DNA of 64,000 bases from a virus. Location of the stretch: positions 7,810 to 71,809 of the IMG/VR virus record IMGVR_UViG_3300037882_003535. One strand, 5' to 3'. This document shows positions 57,108 to 64,000 of the stretch, piece after piece (position 1 is the first letter of the stretch; the number at the start of each line of letters is the position of its first letter). The notes below the pieces were generated by a model. That model did not search any database, was not told the origin of the DNA, and saw only the letters and a program-made list of their open reading frames with translations. A program made the translations under genes and the position numbers.

Positions 57108-58291
57108 AGCAGTGGCTGGATATTACCTAAAGAGTCTAGAGGCTCATCAATCAACGTTGAACCAACAATTTCATCCCCGGTCCATTTATCCGGAAAAACT
57201 TTAAGTTCAATGCTTTCTCTGATAAATGCTTCCTCTTCAGGGTTGAGTATATTGATGAGAGGTCGCCCAAATTGAAGCGCCGAAACGTTAACTTCTCGTT
57301 GTATTTCAATCAATATCTCCAACATTTTGAGACGGACCTCTAAGGTGACAGGACCAAATCGCCCTTGATTTGCAACGAGAGAACCGTCTTTCTTTGTTTC
57401 ACCTCCTACTTTCCGAAGGCGATTGCTCCTATCTCTAGCCATTAAATGGACAGCGGAAATTTTTCGCAATGGAGACAGGTAAGCCCATTTTGGATTTTTC
57501 AGCAATCGCTCAAGAGCCGTGTCTACAGTTGAGACTAAAGGGCATCCAATACAACCTGTTCGAGCATTTATCGGTTCATCGCCATTCTCAATTGATTCTG
57601 TCATTCCATAAGCTTCAGCGACTTCGACGACGGGATACCCATGCTCAACATCAGCAACAACAATCCAATCCCAGATATGGCAAACTCGCCAATGGATTAA
57701 TGGGGCCAGCGTTGCAAGCCGATCGCCTGCCATTGACTGAAAATATCCTTGGCCGCATTCTCCGCCATCTTTAGAGCAAGAGATACTAATTCGGTTGTCC
57801 CTTGCGGCGGACTCGCCTAATCGAACTCCAGTGAGCATGAGGGTATTTTTGCCAAGGGACTCCACTGCGTCTTGCATTGGCTCTCCCTTAATTTGCCGAG
57901 TACACCAACGCAACGTTCCATTGTTTGGGCTTGGGACTCCACGCCCAAGAATATAAGGCCAGAAACGTTTTTCTAGAGGGGCAACAACGCACTCAGCCTC
58001 ATATCCGATGTCTCTGCAATATTTCAGCATTTTCATAGCTGTGTTATGGAGTGGAGGCAACTCTTGGCGCGTGTCTGCGTATAGGACTTTTAGCGACTTG
58101 GGAGGGGTTATTTGGCCTGTTCGGATCAGGAATAAGACGATCGTAAGCAGTGCCGTCGAATCCTTCCCGCCAGAATAAGCGATCGCCCAGTGATCGAATT
58201 CAGCCCCATAGGCTTGAAGAGACTGCTTTGTTAATTCAATTGAATCATCTAAAGATAGGCGGTACTCATCAAACAGTGTTGGTTGTCTCAT
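57092..58291 (-). CDS. PAPS-reductase family protein (DndC-like)
   Basis: AYSGGKDST, ADT, RWCT, GVRLGESAARD, RTGCIGC. Confidence 0.85.
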   Translation of the reverse strand: MRQPTLFDEYRLSLDDSIELTKQSLQAYGAEFDHWAIAYSGGKDSTALLTIVLFLIRTGQITPPKSLKVLYADTRQELPPLHNTAMKMLKYCRDIGYEAECVVAPLEKRFWPYILGRGVPSPNNGTLRWCTRQIKGEPMQDAVESLGKNTLMLTGVRLGESAARDNRISISCSKDGGECGQGYFQSMAGDRLATLAPLIHWRVCHIWDWIVVADVEHGYPVVEVAEAYGMTESIENGDEPINARTGCIGCPLVSTVDTALERLLKNPKWAYLSPLRKISAVHLMARDRSNRLRKVGGETKKDGSLVANQGRFGPVTLEVRLKMLEILIEIQREVNVSALQFGRPLINILNPEEEAFIRESIELKVFPDKWTGDEIVGSTLIDEPLDSLGNIQPLLWEMK

Positions 58292-58467
58292 GCTTGAATT
58301 CTCTCCCCATTTTTTTTGATAACGGTTCCTAATCCAGAGCCATTTCCGCAATTGATTTGAACTAAACTGATTGAATCCTCTGGGACTCCGGAAACCCTGA
58401 TAATACGACTTACTAAAGCGTCAAAATATTGGCGATCTGGACTGAAAACAAGAAAACTCTTTTTCAT
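58288..58467 (-). CDS. hypothetical small protein
   Basis: MKKSFLVF..., ATGA couplings. Confidence 0.55.
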   Translation of the reverse strand: MKKSFLVFSPDRQYFDALVSRIIRVSGVPEDSISLVQINCGNGSGLGTVIKKNGERIQA

Positions 58468-58862
58468 GAATTTGCCTCGCAAAAGGCTTTCATCGACTCG
58501 GTAAATTTATATGGAATTTCTTCACCACGGCTTTGCATTCCATCAAGGATGGAGATTATCGCATCATCGATCGGGTCGGGATAGTCTAAAAAGTCTTTGA
58601 TAAATGCAGAAACAGTTTCGGCACAACGGCATTTTTTAACATGTTTATCGAAATAGATTTCACCAAGACGCGATGGGCTTGGGATGCCTAAATAATCAGA
58701 AGAGTCGATCGGCTCCCAATTGCAATCTGCAAGGGTTTTGAGTGTGCAGACATCGGACAGGAATAGGTATTGTGGTGGGTTGTCTGGGGTGACGCCGAGG
58801 TTTACGACTTGGTAGGTGACGGTCGATCGGAACAATTGAGAGGATTCTGTGGATTGGTACAT
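58464..58862 (-). CDS. hypothetical protein
   Basis: 132 aa from ATG 58862. Confidence 0.6.
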   Translation of the reverse strand: MYQSTESSQLFRSTVTYQVVNLGVTPDNPPQYLFLSDVCTLKTLADCNWEPIDSSDYLGIPSPSRLGEIYFDKHVKKCRCAETVSAFIKDFLDYPDPIDDAIISILDGMQSRGEEIPYKFTESMKAFCEANS

Positions 58863-58864
58863 GG

Positions 58865-59929
58865 TTAAACGATCGCGAGTTCGCGGAGTGGTGTTTGGGC
58901 TGATTTGGTGGGGGAGTAAAGAGAGTGGGTTTGGGCGATCGGGGTGAAGACCCAAACATGCTCGGTAGAGACCTCCGTTTGTTTGAATTTTGTCTTCCAT
59001 CCAGTGGGACGCATACCGTAGTGGTAGCCATGCCGATGGGCAAGTAAGGCAAAACACTTATCAAGTTCGTAACTGAAATTATTGAAGGCGACGATCGCCC
59101 CATACTTTAGGATCATCGCTCGTTCCACCGGAGGCGCTCCGCAAAGGGTTGCGTTTTCGTTGGGGTAAGTCTGAGATGGGGGCTTTTTTGAATTAGCGGC
59201 GAAATAGGGTGGGTCCAGAAGAGCGATCGAGTCTGGACCGGGCCATTCTTTTAATGCGTTTTCCCAGGAAGATGTAATTCGATCGGGGTAGTGATTAATT
59301 GGGTTTAGGAATCGACCTCGTTTGATTAGTCCTCTAATTTTGTGAGGACACGGTTTGATGTTGTGGCGACCACTTCCGTTGTGACGAATGTTGTTGCCAA
59401 TGCCTAGATTTTGCAAAATCAGGAGAGATTGTGGCGAGTGAAAGCGGTAGGTGCCTTCTGGTAGTTTGTCGCGCAATGAATGCAGATGATCGACTTTCCC
59501 CTCCAAGCCATCGCGCAAGGACTCCCAAACGATCGTTAGCTTTTTAGAATCCCATCCACACTCACTCAGTCCGATCGCATTTAGAAAATGATTTGCGAGG
59601 GATTTGAGAAAAGCAGTATCACCGAAAGAGTTGCTGTACAGCTTTCGCAATGGCTCAAATGACTCCCCTGCGATGACGATGCGATCGTAGTGGGGGGCGT
59701 TCCACTCGTGGGTCTGGAGGTAGCTTTTGCTGAAACCACCGGAGCCATAGAAGGCATCGACGACGATCGGTAGATTTGGGAGATTGAGGGATTGAAGCAA
59801 CTCCCTGTGTAAGGGTTGAGCTTTATTTCCGGGGTAAGCCACTAAATCAAGCCTCCCGTTGCTGTCTGGACCAAATAACCGCGCCATCCTGGGTGATGGC
59901 CATCCAGGTAATTTAACGTCCTCTCCCAA
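58865..59929 (-). CDS. divergent Dam/D12-class DNA adenine methyltransferase
   Basis: YPGNK, VDAFYGSGG (motif I), LDPPY (motif IV); start uncertain. Confidence 0.8.
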   Translation of the reverse strand: MGEDVKLPGWPSPRMARLFGPDSNGRLDLVAYPGNKAQPLHRELLQSLNLPNLPIVVDAFYGSGGFSKSYLQTHEWNAPHYDRIVIAGESFEPLRKLYSNSFGDTAFLKSLANHFLNAIGLSECGWDSKKLTIVWESLRDGLEGKVDHLHSLRDKLPEGTYRFHSPQSLLILQNLGIGNNIRHNGSGRHNIKPCPHKIRGLIKRGRFLNPINHYPDRITSSWENALKEWPGPDSIALLDPPYFAANSKKPPSQTYPNENATLCGAPPVERAMILKYGAIVAFNNFSYELDKCFALLAHRHGYHYGMRPTGWKTKFKQTEVSTEHVWVFTPIAQTHSLYSPTKSAQTPLRELAIV

Positions 59930-60081
59930 ATCTCAACATACTGAAGCTGATCGGCAGTCTCAGATGGTCTTTTTTGGCAGAATCCTAGCTCGATCGCAAC
60001 TTGAAAAATCAAACGCTCAAATCTTTTTGCGGACTTAGACACGCGCTGAAGTTCAGAGAGAATCTCGGGGGATATTTTCAT
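59842..60081 (-). CDS. hypothetical small protein
   Basis: 79 aa. Confidence 0.55.
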   Translation of the reverse strand: MKISPEILSELQRVSKSAKRFERLIFQVAIELGFCQKRPSETADQLQYVEIWERTLNYLDGHHPGWRGYLVQTATGGLI

Positions 60082-60142
60082 GATTTGGGGGATGGGGTGA
60101 TGACGATCGGATTTGGTGGATCCGATCGTCTGAGTTTACTAT

Positions 60143-60703
60143 TTACGCGATCGGTTGTCGATCGGATTTGGTGGATTTTATGGGAGCTTTAGGATCTCCC
60201 TTGGGAGCCGTTTTGGGGCTGTCGGATGTACCTGCGTCCCGAGGGGTTTTTAATGCAAATCGAGTTCCAGAGCCACGGGTTTGGCGAGGGACTGGGTTTG
60301 GTTTTGGAGTAAAGACAAACCCTTCTGCGTTGGCGGCGACCTCAAAGAGAGACCGAGTTCCACCGCCTTGACTTCCGTTGGGGGCACCTCGGCGACCTGG
60401 GGGGACATGCCGATCGCTGCTTTGGGCAAGCATGGGCAAAATCGATCGCGTTGGCGGTTCAGTGGTCTCGGGATTTGGGGTGAGCATGGTGCAGCCTTTG
60501 ACATCGGGAGCATTCTCACACCGAGGAAACTGAGGACCGCGAGGGTCACGATCGACGCCTTCAGCCAAGGAAGGAGAGCAGACAACTGCTGAAATCGAGA
60601 GGAGAAGGACGGCGGAAAGCGATCGGCGAATTAAGGTTTGAGCGCAAAGGCATTCGGCGTTGCTTCCGCCACAGATACCGCAGACAGTCAAGTTTTTTTG
60701 CAT
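60143..60703 (-). CDS. signal-peptide-bearing low-complexity protein with GGGTR and RGSGTR motifs
   Basis: RRSLSAVLLLSISAVVCSPSLA; PPGRRGAPNGSQGGGTR; PKPNPVPRQTRGSGTR. Confidence 0.65.
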   Translation of the reverse strand: MQKNLTVCGICGGSNAECLCAQTLIRRSLSAVLLLSISAVVCSPSLAEGVDRDPRGPQFPRCENAPDVKGCTMLTPNPETTEPPTRSILPMLAQSSDRHVPPGRRGAPNGSQGGGTRSLFEVAANAEGFVFTPKPNPVPRQTRGSGTRFALKTPRDAGTSDSPKTAPKGDPKAPIKSTKSDRQPIA

Positions 60704-60788
60704 GAGAGTGAAAAGATTGGAGAAGGGTTGACAAAGATTTTGAAAGGGTTGCAAGGTGGGCAATCGAACTCCGATCGCCCGGATGAAT

Positions 60789-61016
60789 TTAGACTGTGAT
60801 GGGCGCGTTTTTGTAGATCCAGTCCATGGCCATGCTGCGGCTAAACTGAATCTCTCCAAGCATTCGACGATAGAAGGGAAGCTCCGATTGCTCTAGGTAG
60901 TTGAGCATTGCGCGGGCTTCGGCTGCGGTGGGGATTAGATACTCGTACATGGAGATGTAGTAGTCGATCGTTTCTTGAATCGATCGTGGCTCTTGACTCT
61001 CAGTAGGAAGTGACAT
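60789..61016 (-). CDS. hypothetical small protein
   Basis: 75 aa, first gene of the leftward operon, AGGA RBS. Confidence 0.65.
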   Translation of the reverse strand: MSLPTESQEPRSIQETIDYYISMYEYLIPTAAEARAMLNYLEQSELPFYRRMLGEIQFSRSMAMDWIYKNAPITV

Positions 61017-61091
61017 AAGTTAGTCCTGTGTTGAAATGACATTGAAAAAAGCGATTCAGCTTTCCGGGCGGGTCGCTTTTTTCATATCCGT

Positions 61092-61152
61092 ATACTACTA
61101 TCTTTTTATTATTACTGTCAACCTTGTAATACAAGAAAAATAGTACTATATT
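61092..61152. promoter_or_regulatory. divergent sigma70 promoters with TACTAC/TAGTAC boxes
   Basis: minus TTGACA-18-TAGTAT; plus TTGTAA-17-TATATT. Confidence 0.55.
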
Positions 61153-61173
61153 GTTTGTAGTAATATAGAGGCT

Positions 61174-61383
61174 ATGCCAGTGAGAAATGTGATTAAAGAA
61201 TTTGTCGATGGGCGGGGTATTTCTGTTTATCAGTTCCGTGCTGAGACGGGGATTTCGCCAAAGACAGCTTACGACCTGTACAACAACTCGGACCAATTGC
61301 CGGGGAGTACCGTACTGTCGAAGCTTTGCGATCGGTACAAGACGCAGCCGACTGCGTTCATTCGATGGTTTGAGGAGGAATAA
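61174..61383 (+). CDS. Cro/C1-type (XRE) HTH regulator
   Basis: RGISVYQFRAETGISPKTAYDL...LSKLC. Confidence 0.85.
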   Translation: MPVRNVIKEFVDGRGISVYQFRAETGISPKTAYDLYNNSDQLPGSTVLSKLCDRYKTQPTAFIRWFEEE

Positions 61384-61384
61384 C

Positions 61385-61762
61385 ATGAACTTATTACAGA
61401 AAGGCTTTTCAGATATCGAGAAGCATTACAAGATGGCTCGGGCGATTCTTGAGGCAAAAGGAACCCTGAAGGGAAGCCAGTTGTATTGGGAGTCGGGGAA
61501 AATAAGAATTTCTGGTTCGCCGGACAATTTAATGCTTTCGATTAATTTCGACGATCGGGCGAACACTGGGCGCGACTTTTGGAGCCAACCCCTGAACGTC
61601 TCATCGATCGGATCTATCGAATCGGTCAGCCAACCGCACCTGTCCCAAGCGGAAGCGAAGGAGGGTCGATCGAAAAGCATCTATATCCCTTGGTACTCAT
61701 TTTTGGTGCGAGAGTATCAGAACCTTTTTGGGAAGCGGTGGGAGGACGACGGTGAATATTAA
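61385..61762 (+). CDS. hypothetical protein
   Basis: GAGGAGG RBS, ATG 61385, 125 aa. Confidence 0.65.
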   Translation: MNLLQKGFSDIEKHYKMARAILEAKGTLKGSQLYWESGKIRISGSPDNLMLSINFDDRANTGRDFWSQPLNVSSIGSIESVSQPHLSQAEAKEGRSKSIYIPWYSFLVREYQNLFGKRWEDDGEY

Positions 61763-62027
61763 GCTCTCGACGGACTGGACGATCGCAGACCAGTTGCCCG
61801 ATCGACAGGGTCCGTTTATTGCAGTAATGGAGGGTAGCCCCGTTCCTTTGCTGGCCACCTTTAACTTGGAAACCCTTGACTGGTATCAGATTTTCCAGAA
61901 GAAGGGCAGGAAGGGTGGAATTATTTTGGAATCTACGCTACTTGAGGAGAAGGTTTTGGCGTATCGATCGATCTCTGGTATCTCAATAGAGTTTGAAAGC
62001 GACGACGAAGCGGAGGAGTTTAGATAA
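61752..62027 (+). CDS. hypothetical protein
   Basis: GGAGG RBS, GTG start; W...DQLP motif. Confidence 0.55.
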   Translation: MNIKLSTDWTIADQLPDRQGPFIAVMEGSPVPLLATFNLETLDWYQIFQKKGRKGGIILESTLLEEKVLAYRSISGISIEFESDDEAEEFR

Positions 62028-62095
62028 ACTTGTGATGTCAGTTTAATCTTGAAATCCGTTTTGCCCCCAGAATTTCTGGGGGTTTTGTTTTGGGA

Positions 62096-62455
62096 TTATG
62101 GACGATCGATCGGCAACACCTCATGAAGTCGAGAGTCACCGTCTTCCATCCAGAAAATTCTAGATTCGTGAATCCAGCAGGATTGGGTGTACTCGAAGAA
62201 CCAGCGGCTTCCGGGAAGTCGTCCAAGAGTCGGACCGGGGACGGCGGTGCGGACATCGGCGGAAATGGGAACCGATCGGGTGAACTCATGCTCGACGGTC
62301 GCAGTCATCGAGGGCGATCGGCGACAGTTGGTGGGGAGTTCAAATATCCATGCGTTGGCCGTGGGGCTTTCGGCGCTGGGATAGATGGGGGCCGCGATCG
62401 TTGGGAGTTGTAGACCGATCGTAAGCGCGAGGGTGGAAAGGAGAGGTTTCAGCAT
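62096..62455 (-). CDS. secreted hypothetical protein
   Basis: signal peptide MLKPLLSTLALTIGLQLPTIA. Confidence 0.65.
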   Translation of the reverse strand: MLKPLLSTLALTIGLQLPTIAAPIYPSAESPTANAWIFELPTNCRRSPSMTATVEHEFTRSVPISADVRTAVPGPTLGRLPGSRWFFEYTQSCWIHESRIFWMEDGDSRLHEVLPIDRP

Positions 62456-62536
62456 TTTTCTTGGGGAATGGGATGATTTAGTCTACCCAAAACAAAACGC
62501 CAATCCGGGGATTGGCGCTGAGGATTCACAGGATAT

Positions 62537-62710
62537 TTATAGGATTAGGCGCTGAGTCGGCGGATGGTGCGATCGGGTAGATGGGGGGATCTCAGGCCAT
62601 TTGTCACGGATGAGATCGCACATTTCGCCAACGGCATAAGTCGATCGCCCGACTGTGTAGCGCATGGCATAGAGAAAAAGAGTTTGGATTTCTTCAGGGG
62701 AGAGATTCAT
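62537..62710 (-). CDS. small phage protein (possibly truncated)
   Basis: YAMRYTVGRSTYA motif; ATGA coupling. Confidence 0.55.
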   Translation of the reverse strand: MNLSPEEIQTLFLYAMRYTVGRSTYAVGEMCDLIRDKWPEIPPSTRSHHPPTQRLIL

Positions 62711-63681
62711 TCTTTCCACCCGCTAGCGCGAGGATGACCGCCTCCGCCGTGAGCAGCAGCGATCGCGGTGCAGTTGGTGGTCTTTGGCTTGAAAACCTTC
62801 AGGAGCAAGTGACGCAGGGGCGACCAGAGGACTCGGCGAAGGAGGGATTCGATCGGAATATTAGGTGTGGTCGATCGCAGATGGTTTGAGAGTCCATCGA
62901 CCATCCAGGCGAGGTTAACGCCGTGGTATTTCGCAATGCGGTGGCCGAGTATGGAGTAGTGGGGAGCGATCGCAGAGTCGCCCGTAAAGTCGTAGAAACC
63001 ACAGGCAATTCCGTCAAGTTCTGCCAGCGTTGACTTTGGAAGCCGATCGGCAATGAGACGATCGCGTTCTTCGATTTCGGGGAGACCTGAACTGAGGAAG
63101 AACGGGATTTCGGATTGACTCACATCAACGATGACTGAGTTTAAAAGCGCCAACTGTTCGATCGTTCCGAGGCTTTTTATCCGTTTTCGATAGAGTCCTA
63201 GCCCAAGGTTGATGGCTTCGGATCTGGGCGATCGGCCTTCGTAGTAGCCATCTAAGCCGATGTCTCGACGGCGGACATGTTCTAGGATTTCGGGGATGAC
63301 GTGGTTTTGTTGGCCGTAGTAGTACTGCCAGACCAATGACGCTCCACACTCTTTGTCGTTGAGAACGGCTCCGGAGAAGTCTTGGAGCCAACCAAATTTA
63401 TCGGCGTGATGCTCGAAGACGGTGACGATGAGGTTTTCTTGTAACTCCCAGAAAAGAAGCCATCCTTCTGGATAGGAGAAATCTACGATGACCAGTTTTT
63501 TGGTTCCTGCGGGGATTTCAATGTCTGGGATAGGTGGATATTCCTTTCGATAGCAAGCTCCAGCAACGGTGACAGATTCGCCGATACCTTGATGGTATCC
63601 GTAGGCGACGGCTGCGGCCATGATGCCGTCTGGACAGTCAATACCAGGCTTAGCCTGGTGGTAAATGATGTGTGTGGACAT
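62707..63681 (-). CDS. DHH/DHHA1-family phosphoesterase
   Basis: IIYH..DCPDG, IVDFS, FEHH, CGASLVW, GGGGHPRASG. Confidence 0.85.
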   Translation of the reverse strand: MSTHIIYHQAKPGIDCPDGIMAAAVAYGYHQGIGESVTVAGACYRKEYPPIPDIEIPAGTKKLVIVDFSYPEGWLLFWELQENLIVTVFEHHADKFGWLQDFSGAVLNDKECGASLVWQYYYGQQNHVIPEILEHVRRRDIGLDGYYEGRSPRSEAINLGLGLYRKRIKSLGTIEQLALLNSVIVDVSQSEIPFFLSSGLPEIEERDRLIADRLPKSTLAELDGIACGFYDFTGDSAIAPHYSILGHRIAKYHGVNLAWMVDGLSNHLRSTTPNIPIESLLRRVLWSPLRHLLLKVFKPKTTNCTAIAAAHGGGGHPRASGWKE

Positions 63682-63725
63682 GATTAGGATCGATGGGGTG
63701 AATATTTTCTGCTTTAAATTACAGA

Positions 63726-64000
63726 TCAGTCAGAAGCCAACACCTTCATCAGTTCGGGTGAGAGGTCCGCACGGCTTCCGATCGCTCAGCGAACTGAGTA
63801 ATGATCGTCAGAAGCCAACACCGTGATCAGTTCGGGAGAGAGGTCCGCACGGCTTCCGATCGCTCGGCGAACATCCTCATCTCGATCAGAAGCCAACACC
63901 GTCATCAGTTCGGGAGAGAGGTCCGCACGGCTTCCGATCGCTCGGCGAACTGAGTAATGATCGTCAGAAGCCAACACCGTCATCAGTTCGGGAGAGAGGT
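63726..64000 (-). repeat. 78-bp tandem repeats encoding 26-aa LRV/HEAT-like repeats (3' end of a gene that starts beyond the window)
   Basis: unit starts at 63731, 63809, 63887, 63965; peptide MTVLASDDHYSVRRAIGSRADLSPEL. Confidence 0.85.

Noticed and set aside
57092-58291. Complete Dnd/Ssp phosphorothioation system
   Set aside because: Only the DndC-like gene is recognisable
63726-64000. CRISPR array
   Set aside because: The units are contiguous 78-bp in-frame coding repeats with no unique spacers, and no cas genes are present
1-64000. Alternative genetic code (stop-codon reassignment)
   Set aside because: Core genes are full length under the standard code; the single in-repeat TGA is isolated

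Overview
The whole 64 kb reads as one contiguous piece of a large temperate cyanobacterial myophage (prophage or phage-plasmid). No host housekeeping genes or att sites are visible, and the element runs past both window ends. The host inference rests on the very high density of the HIP1 core CGATCG/GCGATCGC. Layout: (1) early and accessory genes, with a repeat-flanked regulator and a membrane-protein + FtsK/VirD4-like ATPase + GIY-YIG-TM-SH3 module (0.5-11 kb), a tRNA-CAT and a candidate ncRNA; (2) terminase, Mu-like head genes and a contractile tail/baseplate/fibre module (14-51.4 kb); (3) a C39 endolysin, a Xer-like recombinase and a second sigma factor; (4) a leftward DNA-modification/accessory arm (54.6-64 kb). 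The most unusual signal is a candidate capsid-cargo system. The DUF935 portal is fused to an inorganic-pyrophosphatase domain and a Cys-rich module, and the same module heads an R-S-E ADP-ribosyltransferase. (D/E)F motifs like those repeated in the head protease/scaffold sit at every domain junction, and no MuF gene is recognisable. Second, the phage encodes two SigF/SigJ-like sigma factors, and J-box-like GGG(A/C/T)AnnnT elements precede late genes, including right after most inserted morons. All calls are from manual motif reading; no database searches were run.
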